A stretch of 64,000 nt of DNA from Bacteroidota bacterium (GCA_018700895.1 JABIUV010000014.1:49086-113085); one strand, 5' to 3'. Positions 49,565 through 59,969 are shown, counted from the first letter of the stretch. The notes: generated by a model from the letters alone, not told the origin. Translations and numbers: made by a program.

Positions 49565-50754
49565 TGGTTTAATTTTATAAGTGATATTCCGTTTTCTATA
49601 GCTTCACTAAAACGGATAAAGCCCGCCTTGTCTAGTGTTTTGCTGTATCTAATCTTGTTGAGTTGTGCTACGAATTTTACTAGCTTTCGCTCATCTACTT
49701 GTGTTTTGGTGGCTAGGGCTTTTCTGAAATTTTCGTCTAGCTCTTGTGGGTCCAGGTAGTATCGCTCTTTTATACGGTCGAGCACATAATTGGCTCGGTA
49801 CTTGGCTATTGCAATTTGATTTTCTTCGTTTACAAAGAGGTTGGCCACCAGGTTCATAAAGTCGATACTGTTATTTCGCTCAGGTCTTAGCACGGGTATG
49901 GCTCGGGTTACTCGCTTATAGTTAAACCCAAAGAACAATAAGGCCAATGCTATGAGCGTGATGAAAGCAAAGGTGAGTGGCTTACTGCCATATATGTAGC
50001 GAAGCAATCCGGCAGTGTCACCTTCACTGGGTGGGGTGTTGTATCGTCGTTTTGTGCCATAACCGTCCCACACGAAATAGTCGGTGTATTTCAGGTATGA
50101 GAGTGTATTGAGAGCATATCTACCGTCTTCGTCTTGGAGCATATGGTAGTTGCTAAATACGTCGGGTTGGGCGTGTAGATAAAGTTTATTGTTATAATTT
50201 GCCAGTCGTATCGCGATAAAATTGGGGTAGGTGCTATCGCCTATCGTTACCGAACCCAGTACCGTGGCATACGGCGGTATTTGGCTAAAGTAATTGGCTG
50301 TTTCCCTTCTATTTTTGAGGGTAAAGTGCTGGTCTACCGTGCTCAGTCGTTCGAGAGTAAATTGGAACTCTGCAGCTGAATCTCGTTCTATTTCTATACT
50401 GTATTTCTCTATGCAGTGAGCATTGCGGTCTTCGGTAGCGATAAAGAGTGCGTTATCCTCTTTGGCATACTGTTCCAACTGTGCGTACTCCAGTGAGTCT
50501 GGATAAAATTTAGGATTGACGTACATATACGTACTTAATCCATAAGCCTCCGAGGCTAATACTTCGTCTGTTCTATCCTTGAGTATATCGGTGTAGGCAT
50601 CTGGAAAAATATTTTCGAGCTGCTCTTGAAATATCTTGGTGCCGTATGGTGTTTTGTGCTGCGACTCGTAGTAGGGAGTCCAGTCAGAAGGCATGTTGCA
50701 GGCAGATAGCAATAGACTTGCTAGGATTGCAATATGTAAATTTTTCACCTTCAT
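49561..50754 (-). CDS. DUF4350-like lipoprotein
   Basis: Lipoprotein signal 'LLLSACNMP'. One C-terminal TM segment. Position in the conserved MoxR cluster. 4-nt overlap with moxR. Confidence 0.5.
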   Translation of the reverse strand: MKVKNLHIAILASLLLSACNMPSDWTPYYESQHKTPYGTKIFQEQLENIFPDAYTDILKDRTDEVLASEAYGLSTYMYVNPKFYPDSLEYAQLEQYAKEDNALFIATEDRNAHCIEKYSIEIERDSAAEFQFTLERLSTVDQHFTLKNRRETANYFSQIPPYATVLGSVTIGDSTYPNFIAIRLANYNNKLYLHAQPDVFSNYHMLQDEDGRYALNTLSYLKYTDYFVWDGYGTKRRYNTPPSEGDTAGLLRYIYGSKPLTFAFITLIALALLFFGFNYKRVTRAIPVLRPERNNSIDFMNLVANLFVNEENQIAIAKYRANYVLDRIKERYYLDPQELDENFRKALATKTQVDERKLVKFVAQLNKIRYSKTLDKAGFIRFSEAIENGISLIKLNQ

Positions 50755-51512
50755 TTCACCTTATCTATTTGTGTTACAAATGTTTGTTCCACCGTAGCAA
50801 AAAGCTCCGCAGTCAACGCTTTCTTACCATACCATACGTACTCAAATATGTAGCTCATTTTTACAAATTGCTCACTGCGAGTAGCATCGTCTATTTCGGT
50901 AAGGTATTCCGCATTGGTTTTGTCGTGGTGATAGGTGATTACCTTGTGGTCTTGTAGTTTTTTCAAATACATCAAGAAGTAATACCGTACTGCCAACGTA
51001 TAGTTATGCTCAGTCTTGGCTCTTGCTAATAATCCTTCCAGACTATTGTCGTCTAGTTCTTCGGGCTGTGCTATGTCATTCTCCGTTTCTTGTGCGGAGA
51101 TTACTCTGTTTTTCTCGCCGCGTTTGTTTAGTCTGAGATTACTAAGAGCGAGGTATAAAAAATATAAGCCAGCCAGAGCTACGAGGAGTAATATGGCTTT
51201 AAAAATAAAACCGATTACTGGGCCAAAATTAGTAGATCCTGTATCTTTCTGATGAGATGGTTTTTCGTTCTGTTCTTCTTTCTCTTCGTCCTCTAGCTCG
51301 CGGTAGTTGTATTCAGCTCCCGTATAGTCAGACTTGTATTCCACATCTGCGTCTAGGTAGTCCCCGCGGGTAAAATCGGTACGGTCTATGTCGTCTACAC
51401 CATCTTCTTCTATGACGGTTTCATACAGTTCAGCCTCCACTTCGTAATCGTCAAACTGGCCAAAAGCCAACTGACCAAGGAGTAATATGCAAACCAGACT
51501 ATACTTCCTCAT
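50751..51512 (-). CDS. DUF4129-like protein
   Basis: Signal peptide, acidic stretch, one TM helix, C-terminal 'RYYFLMYLKKL...KTNAEY' DUF4129-type block. 4-nt overlaps on both sides. Confidence 0.45.
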   Translation of the reverse strand: MRKYSLVCILLLGQLAFGQFDDYEVEAELYETVIEEDGVDDIDRTDFTRGDYLDADVEYKSDYTGAEYNYRELEDEEKEEQNEKPSHQKDTGSTNFGPVIGFIFKAILLLVALAGLYFLYLALSNLRLNKRGEKNRVISAQETENDIAQPEELDDNSLEGLLARAKTEHNYTLAVRYYFLMYLKKLQDHKVITYHHDKTNAEYLTEIDDATRSEQFVKMSYIFEYVWYGKKALTAELFATVEQTFVTQIDKVK

Positions 51513-52503
51513 TGTTAACCATTATGTCTTCTAGTCGGAGAGCTATATTGTTATACCTACGGATAGGATATATCAAGTAGTAATAGGATATAACACCCAA
51601 GGTGCCAAATATGATGAGTAGTGATCCCCCAAAAGGCATCTCGTTGTAATACTGTGTCACAAATCCCTCGAGCAATCCAGCAGCTATGGTAAATGGGATA
51701 GTACTCATTACTATCATAAGCGACTCTTTACCTGTAAGTAAAAAGGCCTGCTTGCGACTCAATGTGCCGGGAAATAGCCAGCCTAATCCTAGTAGCAAAC
51801 CTGCAGAGGCTTCTATCACCATGCCAAATATCTCCATGGCTCCGTGTATCCATATCGCACTCATACTTTCGGTAAACACCCCTTCTTTGTAAAACATAGT
51901 AAGAAATGAACCCAGCATAATGCAATTGCTAAAGAGTATTTTGATGGTGCCTATGCCTAGGGTAATGCCCGAGATGTACATCAGTAGTCCTACGCGTATA
52001 TTGTTAATCGTGATTCCAAGAAAACTGCCTATGTCCCCGTAAGACGTACCATTGTTATATACAGCCGCTGGGTCGCCATTGCTTATATTATCCAGCGTAC
52101 TATCTACATAGTGGTCGCCAAGTATGGAGCGAATGAAGCTCTCGTCGTACAAGGCAGAAAGCACCCCTATACTCAGCATAATGAAAAACACACTGAAGGT
52201 AGCCCAGAGCAGTTTGCGGTATTTGTAGGTGATAATGGCCACATCCGTAGTCCAAAAATCGATGATAGAGCCGTAGGTGGTTTTGGGTTTTACTACTTTG
52301 AGGTACGCATTACTGGCTAGAGCGTTGAGGTATACATTTACCTTACTCTTGGGGTAATAGGTTTGTGCGTAGGCTAAGTCATTATTAAGTTGTACAAACA
52401 AATCGGCCAGTCTATCGGGCTGAACCTGCTTGTTATAATAAAGATAATTTTCAAACTCCAGCCAATTCGCTTTATTTTGTTTTATGAATGAAACTTCTCT
52501 CAA
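51499..52503 (-). CDS. stage II sporulation protein M-like (DUF95) membrane protein
   Basis: 334 aa, ~6 TM helices. Conserved position upstream of DUF4129/DUF4350/MoxR. Confidence 0.55.
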   Translation of the reverse strand: MREVSFIKQNKANWLEFENYLYYNKQVQPDRLADLFVQLNNDLAYAQTYYPKSKVNVYLNALASNAYLKVVKPKTTYGSIIDFWTTDVAIITYKYRKLLWATFSVFFIMLSIGVLSALYDESFIRSILGDHYVDSTLDNISNGDPAAVYNNGTSYGDIGSFLGITINNIRVGLLMYISGITLGIGTIKILFSNCIMLGSFLTMFYKEGVFTESMSAIWIHGAMEIFGMVIEASAGLLLGLGWLFPGTLSRKQAFLLTGKESLMIVMSTIPFTIAAGLLEGFVTQYYNEMPFGGSLLIIFGTLGVISYYYLIYPIRRYNNIALRLEDIMVNNEEV

Positions 52504-52523
52504 ACGTTTAACGTAATCTTATA

Positions 52524-53324
52524 GTGGCAAATCTAAACGTAAAAACAACTTTTAACACCATACTATCCTTGCAAAGTGAAACTTTAGGAAAACGGATACT
52601 TGCCTTTGTGATTGATTCTATCATCATTATCGTGTATTACGTGGGTGTGTGGTGGTTTCTCTCGCTGTTCAATATTGATTTTGAGCGGGCATTTGGAGAT
52701 GATTATGACCGCGTAGTGTGGGGTTGGGTGTCTATTATCAGTTTGCCCGTATTGTTTTATTCGCTTATCAGCGAAACGCTAAGCGGCGGCTACACCATGG
52801 GTAAGTACCTTGCCAATATCAAGGTGGTGAAGATAGATGGTTTTCAGCCCGGGTTTGTGGAGTTTTTTATTCGGTGGATATTCCGAATGGTAGATATTTA
52901 TGCGATGGTGTTACTCGGTATCGTATTTGGGGATGTGATGCTTCGCATATTTTCATTTTATACCATTGGATTAATAGGGCTTATTTGCATAGTGCGTAGT
53001 AGGCGTGGGCAGCGACTGGGTGATATGGTGGCCGGCACATCGGTGATTAAGTCAAAGCTTAAGCAGAGCATAAACATCACGATACTTCGTGAGGTAGGTG
53101 ATAATTATAAACCCAAGTACGCTCAAGTACTCAAGTTGTCAGACAATGATGCACGTATCATCAAAGAAACCTTTGAGAGTGCCCGTAAGATGAGAGATGT
53201 GAAACTCATACGAAAACTGGTGGTGAAACTAGAAACCGTGATGGGCATTAAGAATAAAGACAAGCCCGAGCGATTTATCAATGATGTGCTCAAGGACTTC
53301 AATTACTATACACAGAATATGTAA
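52524..53324 (+). CDS. RDD-family membrane protein
   Basis: 266 aa. 'RILAFVIDSIIIIVYY' ... 'RRGQRLGDMVAGTSVI' RDD motif region. Divergent from the MoxR cluster. Confidence 0.7.
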   Translation: MANLNVKTTFNTILSLQSETLGKRILAFVIDSIIIIVYYVGVWWFLSLFNIDFERAFGDDYDRVVWGWVSIISLPVLFYSLISETLSGGYTMGKYLANIKVVKIDGFQPGFVEFFIRWIFRMVDIYAMVLLGIVFGDVMLRIFSFYTIGLIGLICIVRSRRGQRLGDMVAGTSVIKSKLKQSINITILREVGDNYKPKYAQVLKLSDNDARIIKETFESARKMRDVKLIRKLVVKLETVMGIKNKDKPERFINDVLKDFNYYTQNM

Positions 53325-53332
53325 GCAGGAGC

Positions 53333-53878
53333 TTACTCTTCGCCTATGAGGTCTATCTCGTTGTCTAATTCGGGATTTAGTGGGTCTGTACCATATTGAT
53401 TACGGCCCAAGGTGCCAGCCTGCACTACTTGTGCCAAGTAGTAAATAGCCATTCCGATAATCACTACTAACACAAAACCAGACCAAATGCGAGAAGCATT
53501 GTACATATAATTGGCTTCAAGCCAAAATTCACTCGGTACAATAATACTCACTAGTTTGAAGATGAGGCCATAACTACCAATGATACCCATCGTTGTAGGC
53601 ACCCATCCGCTTTTGTCCCTATCGTGAAAACGACGCACGCCTACAGCAATTCCCGGAATGGTCAAGATAATAGTGCCAATATCTGTGGCACCAAACAGGT
53701 AGTAATCATAAGACATAGTATCAATGATTACGTCGTCTATTAGACCTAGTACGAAGCTGGTTATTATGCTGAATAACGTATAACCCCAAAACTCAGAGCG
53801 GCTTGCTCTTCCGCTAAATTGGAAGTATTTGGCGGTGATGCATTCCCAAAAGTATTCTGCTAGATTTTTTTGTTTCAT
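53333..53878 (-). CDS. DUF805 inner-membrane protein, paralog 1
   Basis: 'FSGRASRSEFWGYTLF' is the DUF805 N-terminal signature. 4 TM helices. Acidic C-tail '...NPELDNEIDLIGEE'. Confidence 0.7.
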   Translation of the reverse strand: MKQKNLAEYFWECITAKYFQFSGRASRSEFWGYTLFSIITSFVLGLIDDVIIDTMSYDYYLFGATDIGTIILTIPGIAVGVRRFHDRDKSGWVPTTMGIIGSYGLIFKLVSIIVPSEFWLEANYMYNASRIWSGFVLVVIIGMAIYYLAQVVQAGTLGRNQYGTDPLNPELDNEIDLIGEE

Positions 53879-53963
53879 ACGACAATGGATTTAAACAACT
53901 TCAAGTAAAAAGCCATCTGTTGTTAGGCAGATGGCTTAAGTGTATTTTTAAATTAATGGAAGA

Positions 53964-54365
53964 CTATGCTTCTCCTATCTCGTCCAATTCATTAGCTGGA
54001 TTTTTAGGGTTAGGACCGTACTCATTAGTACCTGCATCGCTATCCGTACAATTAAGCACAAGAAGCCAAATGCCTCCTATTAGTGGAATCAGTCCGATTA
54101 GTAGAAACCAACCACTTTTTCCAACGTCGTGCAATCGTCTTACGGCAACTGCTAAGTTAGGTATGAACATCGCAAGAGCGAATATTCCAGCTATTGCTGC
54201 TAAGCTTTCATCTATCAACGAAAACACAACAGCAGAACCAATATAAAATATTAAGTAAAATAGGATGAAGCCCCAGTACTCTCTACGGCGAGCTCTACCT
54301 TCGAAATTAGCATAATTTTGAGTAACCACTTCTTTGAAGTGTTCGAACAATGATTTTTCTTGCAT
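53964..54365 (-). CDS. DUF805 inner-membrane protein, paralog 2
   Basis: 'FEGRARRREYWGFILF' signature. Acidic C-tail '...NPANELDEIGEA'. Confidence 0.7.
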   Translation of the reverse strand: MQEKSLFEHFKEVVTQNYANFEGRARRREYWGFILFYLIFYIGSAVVFSLIDESLAAIAGIFALAMFIPNLAVAVRRLHDVGKSGWFLLIGLIPLIGGIWLLVLNCTDSDAGTNEYGPNPKNPANELDEIGEA

Positions 54366-54426
54366 TTTTGTTTTTGGTTAAAGTGTTAGGTCCAAATAGA
54401 GCAAAAAAATTTCAAAATTTCAAAAA

Positions 54427-55194
54427 CTATTTTTTCTTAAATGAGTTTATGGCGTTTTTGGTGAAGTCAGAAAGTACCAATTGCCCACTCATAGCAGCAC
54501 GTTCGGCAAGTAAAGTGTCCCAGTCTTCTGTGCCTCGCCAAAACACCTGCTTGAGCAATCGCATAGCTTCAGGATTGCTGTTTTTTAGCTTATTGGCTAA
54601 TGTAGATATAGCGTGGTCCATTTCTTCGGTGGTGTCATATATGTCGGCATATAGTCCTTTGGCTCTTGCCCATTCAGCGGTTTGCCACTCGGTAGCGTCT
54701 ATCGCTAGTTGACTCATAGCAGAGAGTCCCATCTTACGCTCTACTGCTGGTCCTACCACAAAAGGCCCTATGCCTACGGCGAGTTCGCTGAGTTTTACAG
54801 CCGCAAACTTGGTTGCTAGCGTATAGTCGAAGGAGGCTGCGAGTCCTACACCGCCACCTACTGCTTTGCCTTGCACACGGCCTATAATGAGTTTAGGGCA
54901 CTTTCTACAAGCATTGATCACATTGGCAAAACCCGAGAAAAACACCTTACCTACTTCTAAATCATCTATCGCCACCAGCTCATCGAAACTTGCTCCTGCA
55001 CAGAATGCTCGCTCACCTGCACTGCGTACTATGATAACGAGTGCATCATCATTTGTTCCCAGTTCCGTTATGGTATCAGCCAACTTAGCCAATACTTTAC
55101 CAGGTAGGCTATTGCTCAGCGGATGGTGAAATTCTACGCTTGCTATGCCGTTATCTATACTGTATGTTACGTCTCCTTGATCTACTGCGTTCAT
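54427..55194 (-). CDS. enoyl-CoA hydratase/isomerase (crotonase) family protein
   Basis: 255 aa. 'ERAFCAGASFDEL' oxyanion-hole region and conserved crotonase-fold Gly-rich blocks. Confidence 0.85.
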   Translation of the reverse strand: MNAVDQGDVTYSIDNGIASVEFHHPLSNSLPGKVLAKLADTITELGTNDDALVIIVRSAGERAFCAGASFDELVAIDDLEVGKVFFSGFANVINACRKCPKLIIGRVQGKAVGGGVGLAASFDYTLATKFAAVKLSELAVGIGPFVVGPAVERKMGLSAMSQLAIDATEWQTAEWARAKGLYADIYDTTEEMDHAISTLANKLKNSNPEAMRLLKQVFWRGTEDWDTLLAERAAMSGQLVLSDFTKNAINSFKKK

Positions 55195-55613
55195 TGTGGT
55201 GCGAAGATATATTTTTAGATGTGAGACTAAAGATATGAAATGTGAGATTTTTAGCTGGTTGCAATCCCAATATTCTTTAACTGCTTAATTTTATCTTCTT
55301 TCTTCAAGGTTCGACTATTACCAAATTTTAATTCAGCATTAAACCACCGTTTTCTGTAATTTTTCCAGTCTTTTTCTGTTGTATGAACTGAATATTCAAA
55401 TTCGATACCACAATCACAGATGCCATAAGATGGGAATCCTCCCTCAAGATATGGCCTGAACTCTTTATGCTTTGCTTTAGTGCCGCAAACGGGAGATAAT
55501 GAATATCCGCCTCAACTAATTGGCATTTTAACAGATGAACCGGATTCTTTGTGAACTACAATCTCATATGTAAAATCAGTCTCAATACTCACTTCTAATA
55601 TCTAAAGTCTCCC

Positions 55614-57674
55614 CTACAACTCATCCTCCTGATTCCTTTTCTTCACCATCGTAAGAATGGTAGCAAGTGCCACTGTTTCTCCGGTCTCGTCATATACGTC
55701 TACTAGGAATTTTACGATACCCTTGGCTACATCGTCTTCGGTTTTCTTCTCTTGGTTTATTTTTTCTTTGCACGTAAATCGTACACCAATGGTCGCTCCG
55801 GGATATACCGGCTTTGTAAATCGGCATTCGTCTAGTCCATAGTTGAGCAATACAGGTCCTTTTTTAGCATCTACAAACAGACCCGCAGCCTTACTTAGCA
55901 CAAAATATCCGTGTGCTACACGTCCTTCGAACGTGGTCCCTTCTAGCGAGGTTTCGTCCATATGAGCATAGAAATTATCGCCACTCACATTGGCAAAGTT
56001 TACGATGTCTGTCACTGTGATGGTATGCTTAGCAGTGATTACGGTTTCGCCTACTTCTATATCTTCAAAATATTTTTTAAATGGATGTACGTCTTTCTCT
56101 TTATAAGCTCCGCCGTACTGGTAGCGTTGTGTTATTTCGGTCAGCATACTCGGATGACCTTGCAGTGCGGTACGTTGCAGGTAGTGTTTTACACTTCCTA
56201 TTCCTCCTAGTTCTTCTCCACCTCCAGCTCTTCCTGGTCCGCCGTGCATGAGCTGTGGCATAGGAGACCCGTGGCCCGTACTTTCGGGAGCAGATTCTTC
56301 GTTGAGTACCAATATTCTGCCGTGGTAGGCAGCAGCTTCTACAGCATATTGCGTAGCGATATCTACATCAGAAGTGGCAATGGTACTCACCAGAGATCCT
56401 TTTCCCATTTTAGCCAATTCCACCGCTTGGTCTATGTCAGTGTATGGCATTAGCGTACTTACAGGGCCAAAACATTCTACCTCGTGACTATCCGTATTAT
56501 TCATAGGGTTAGAGTTGAGCATCAGAATAGGAGCAAGGAAAGCTCCCTTGTTTTTGTCGGCACCTATCAGGTCAAAGTTGTCTAAATCTCCGTACACAAT
56601 AGGTGTCTTCTCCGCCATAGCAGCTACTCTATTGCGTACCACATCGAGTTGTGCTCTATTCACGATAGCACCCATGCGTACACCTTCAGCCGCAGGGTCG
56701 CCTACTGTAGTTTGGCTTAAGCTTTTGCTCAAGGCTATTTGCACGTCTTCTAGGTATTTTTCTGGCACCATTATTCTACGTACGGCCGTACATTTTTGTC
56801 CTGCCTTGGTGGTCATTTCGCGGCGTACTTCTTTTATGAAAATATTAAAATCGGCAGTGCCGGGGGCAGCATCTTCTCCGAGTATGGCAGCATTCAGACT
56901 ATCAGCCTCCATATTGAATGGAATCGCATTTTCTATGATGTGCGGCATACTCTTGAGCATACGGCCGGTTTTGGCACTTCCGGTGAAGGTGACTAAGTCT
57001 TGTGAGCCAAGCGAATCTATAATGCCGTGACCCTTACCACAATCTATCTGAATAGCTCCCTCAGGGATAATGCCACTTGCCACGATATCTTCTACCATTG
57101 CTTGGGTAAGGTAGGAGGTAATTTCGGATGGTTTCACGATGGCCGGAACCCCTGCCAGCCAGTTGGCACTGAGTTTTTCGAGCATTCCCCATATCGGGAA
57201 GTTAAAAGCGTTGATATGTACCACTACACCCTGTTTGGGACTCATGATGTGTTGCCCTACAAAAGTGCCGTTGGTGCTTATTTTGGCGGTATCGCCATCT
57301 ACATAAAAGCGTTGATTACCCATTTGTCTACGCAAACTCGCGTAGGTAAAAAGTGTTCCTATTCCGCCATCTATATCTACCCAACTATCGCTCTTGGTAG
57401 CACCAGAGAGGTAACTTATGCTGTAGTATTTCTTCTTAATACTGTCCAGGTGTAGAGCCAGTTTTTTGAGCATATAGCCCCGCTCATAAAACGTCATTGC
57501 ACGAAGTGCTTTGCCACCTACTCTACGAGCATAATCTGCCATTTCCTCGTAGTCCAGCCCTTCGCTACTAGCGGTGCTTATTAGGTTGCCGTTAATGGCG
57601 TTGTATTGTTCAAATCCGTCTCCCTTGTGCTCTTGCCAGCTTCCTGCTGCGTAGTTTTTAAGTTTTGTTGACAT
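55614..57674 (-). CDS. bifunctional aldehyde dehydrogenase / MaoC-like (R)-hydratase, PaaZ-like
   Basis: 686 aa. N-terminal ~500 aa ALDH fold ('FTGSAKTG', 'GQKCTAVRR'). C-terminal hot-dog 'VGETVITAKHTITVTDIVNFANVSGDNFYAHMDETSLEGTTFEGRVAHGYF'. Same architecture and length as E. coli PaaZ (681 aa). Confidence 0.75.
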   Translation of the reverse strand: MSTKLKNYAAGSWQEHKGDGFEQYNAINGNLISTASSEGLDYEEMADYARRVGGKALRAMTFYERGYMLKKLALHLDSIKKKYYSISYLSGATKSDSWVDIDGGIGTLFTYASLRRQMGNQRFYVDGDTAKISTNGTFVGQHIMSPKQGVVVHINAFNFPIWGMLEKLSANWLAGVPAIVKPSEITSYLTQAMVEDIVASGIIPEGAIQIDCGKGHGIIDSLGSQDLVTFTGSAKTGRMLKSMPHIIENAIPFNMEADSLNAAILGEDAAPGTADFNIFIKEVRREMTTKAGQKCTAVRRIMVPEKYLEDVQIALSKSLSQTTVGDPAAEGVRMGAIVNRAQLDVVRNRVAAMAEKTPIVYGDLDNFDLIGADKNKGAFLAPILMLNSNPMNNTDSHEVECFGPVSTLMPYTDIDQAVELAKMGKGSLVSTIATSDVDIATQYAVEAAAYHGRILVLNEESAPESTGHGSPMPQLMHGGPGRAGGGEELGGIGSVKHYLQRTALQGHPSMLTEITQRYQYGGAYKEKDVHPFKKYFEDIEVGETVITAKHTITVTDIVNFANVSGDNFYAHMDETSLEGTTFEGRVAHGYFVLSKAAGLFVDAKKGPVLLNYGLDECRFTKPVYPGATIGVRFTCKEKINQEKKTEDDVAKGIVKFLVDVYDETGETVALATILTMVKKRNQEDEL

Positions 57675-57881
57675 GGCTTTTATGTGCTTTGGGCAAATGT
57701 AAGTATAGTTGAGAAAGGGAATGTTGATCCTGTGTCGTTAGAATGAATTTAAACACAATGTGAAATAGAACGGGAACTTCTAGTTTCTGAAGAATTATAT
57801 TGGTGATTACTTCTCTCAAATGGTTTATAAATTTAGGTTTTTACGTAATCCTAAACTTATGATTATTCTTATTCTTGCACA

Positions 57882-58694
57882 ATGTCTTTCAAATTATTAT
57901 GTACCGATATAGATGGCACCTTACTCAACGCAGATCGTGAGTTAGCACCCGAGACCATTGCCGAGTTTAAGCGAATAAAAGATGAATGTGATATCATACT
58001 AGCATCGTCGCGTATGCCTCAGGCAATGACTCACTTGCAGGCAGAAGTAGGCATAAAACAAAGTCCACTTATTGCCTATAATGGCGGTTTGGTGTTAGAC
58101 GGAGATACGATTCTAAGCAGTACGGAAGTTGGATTTAATGAGGTAAAAAAGATCGCAGAATTGAGCATAAATACCGAAATCCATGTGAGCATATATAATA
58201 ATGATGAGTGGTTTGTGCCTGCAATGGATTACTGGGCAAATAGAGAAGCAAACAATACCAAGGTGACTCCTAAGTTACAGTCGCTAGAGGATACACTTGC
58301 ACTATACGAGCAAACCAATAAAGGTGCTCACAAAGTAATGTGTATGGGTCCTGCTGAGGAAATAGCCGTAATGTACGATGAGCTTATTGCTACGCTCAAT
58401 GACGACTTGCACGTGTACAAATCCAAAGATACCTACCTAGAAATTGCTAGTAAAAAGATCTCTAAAAAATCAGCCATTGCGACCTTGCTTGAGCATAAGT
58501 ATAGAAAGCTCAATTGGGGTGATGTTATCGCTTTTGGCGATAATTATAATGATATGGAAATGCTGGAAGCCGCAGGGATGGGTGTAGCCGTGGGCAATGC
58601 CAGAGACGAGGTAAAAGCTGTAGTGAATGATGTAACGGCAACCAATAAGGAACACGGTGTGGCTTTATCCATAATCAAACACTTTTCTAAATAG
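57882..58694 (+). CDS. Cof-type HAD-IIB phosphatase
   Basis: 'LLCTDIDGTLL' motif I, 'GDNYNDMEML' motif IV, Cof cap. Confidence 0.85.
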   Translation: MSFKLLCTDIDGTLLNADRELAPETIAEFKRIKDECDIILASSRMPQAMTHLQAEVGIKQSPLIAYNGGLVLDGDTILSSTEVGFNEVKKIAELSINTEIHVSIYNNDEWFVPAMDYWANREANNTKVTPKLQSLEDTLALYEQTNKGAHKVMCMGPAEEIAVMYDELIATLNDDLHVYKSKDTYLEIASKKISKKSAIATLLEHKYRKLNWGDVIAFGDNYNDMEMLEAAGMGVAVGNARDEVKAVVNDVTATNKEHGVALSIIKHFSK

Positions 58695-58727
58695 TACAGG
58701 CTCTAACTGACAAGTATCAAATAGAAT

Positions 58728-58735
58728 TAATTTTG
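58728..58735 (+). promoter_or_regulatory. candidate Bacteroidetes sigma-A -7 box (TAATTTTG) upstream of hppD
   Basis: Matches the TAnnTTTG consensus, 24 nt upstream of the hppD ATG. No clear -33 TTTG. Confidence 0.3.
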
Positions 58736-58758
58736 TAACATAAATAAAAGTTAACGCA

Positions 58759-59892
58759 ATGAGTAACGAAACATTAGACCTCCCAAAAATATATGATGAA
58801 GCTCAAGATTTTATGCCATTACTAGGTACAGATTACATTGAGTTATACGTAAGTAATAGTAAGCAAGCAGCACATTTTTACAAAACTGCTTTTGGTTTTC
58901 AGGATTTGGCGTATGCCGGACTAGAAACCGGTATTACCGACCGAGAGAGCTACGTGCTGCAGCAGGATAAAATAAGATTAGTACTTACTTCTCCACTGCG
59001 TAGTGGTACAGATATAGGTCTGCATATCGACAAGCATGGCGATGGTGTGAAGGTAGTAGCCCTATGGGTGCCAGATGCTACTAAGGCATATGACGAAGCA
59101 ATAAAACGTGGAGCTAAGCACTATATGGAGCCTACATCAGAAGAAGATTCGGATGGTAAAATTATAAAGTCAGGAATTTACACCTACGGTGAAACGGTGC
59201 ATATTTTCATAGAGCGAAGTGCTTACAATGGCGTGTTTTTACCGGGTTACAAAAAATATGACTCTGCCTACAAACCAACCTCTACCGGGTTGAAATACGT
59301 AGACCACATGGTGGGCAATGTAGAGCTAGGTGAGATGATGACGTGGTGCAATTTTTATAAAGATGTACTAGGGTTTGCTCAGATTGTTTCATTCGATGAT
59401 AAGGATATCTCTACGGATTACACTGCTCTTATGAGTAAGGTGATGAGTAATGGTAATGGAAGGATAAAATTCCCGATAAATGAGCCTGCAGATGGTAAGA
59501 AGAAATCGCAGATAGAAGAGTACCTTGATTTTTATGAAGGTCCGGGTGTGCAGCACATTGCAGTAGCTACGGATGATATTATCAAAACAGTGCGTGAACT
59601 TACAGCCCGTGGTATTGAGTTTTTGCGAGTGCCAGATGTGTACTACGAGATGGTGCTGGATAGGGTAGGAGAGATAGACGAAGATATTGCACCGCTCAGA
59701 GAATTGGGTATCTTGGTAGATAGAGACGATGAAGGGTACTTACTTCAAATATTTACCAAGCCAATAGAACCCCGCCCTACACTTTTCTTCGAAATCATAC
59801 AGCGAAAAGGAGCGACTTCATTTGGTAAAGGTAATTTCAAGGCACTTTTTGAAGCAATAGAAAGAGAGCAAGAGTTAAGAGGCACATTATAA
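58759..59892 (+). CDS. hppD: 4-hydroxyphenylpyruvate dioxygenase
   Basis: 377 aa. Tandem vicinal-oxygen-chelate (VOC) modules. 'YIELYVSNSKQAAHFY' N-module and C-module with His/Glu iron ligands ('VQHIAVATDDI', 'FFEIIQRKG'). Confidence 0.9.
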   Translation: MSNETLDLPKIYDEAQDFMPLLGTDYIELYVSNSKQAAHFYKTAFGFQDLAYAGLETGITDRESYVLQQDKIRLVLTSPLRSGTDIGLHIDKHGDGVKVVALWVPDATKAYDEAIKRGAKHYMEPTSEEDSDGKIIKSGIYTYGETVHIFIERSAYNGVFLPGYKKYDSAYKPTSTGLKYVDHMVGNVELGEMMTWCNFYKDVLGFAQIVSFDDKDISTDYTALMSKVMSNGNGRIKFPINEPADGKKKSQIEEYLDFYEGPGVQHIAVATDDIIKTVRELTARGIEFLRVPDVYYEMVLDRVGEIDEDIAPLRELGILVDRDDEGYLLQIFTKPIEPRPTLFFEIIQRKGATSFGKGNFKALFEAIEREQELRGTL

Positions 59893-59969
59893 GAAGTACC
59901 CCGAAATAGAATTAAAAATACGAATGGCTGAGAGTTTACTTTCGGCCATTTTACTTCAATAAAACAGAG

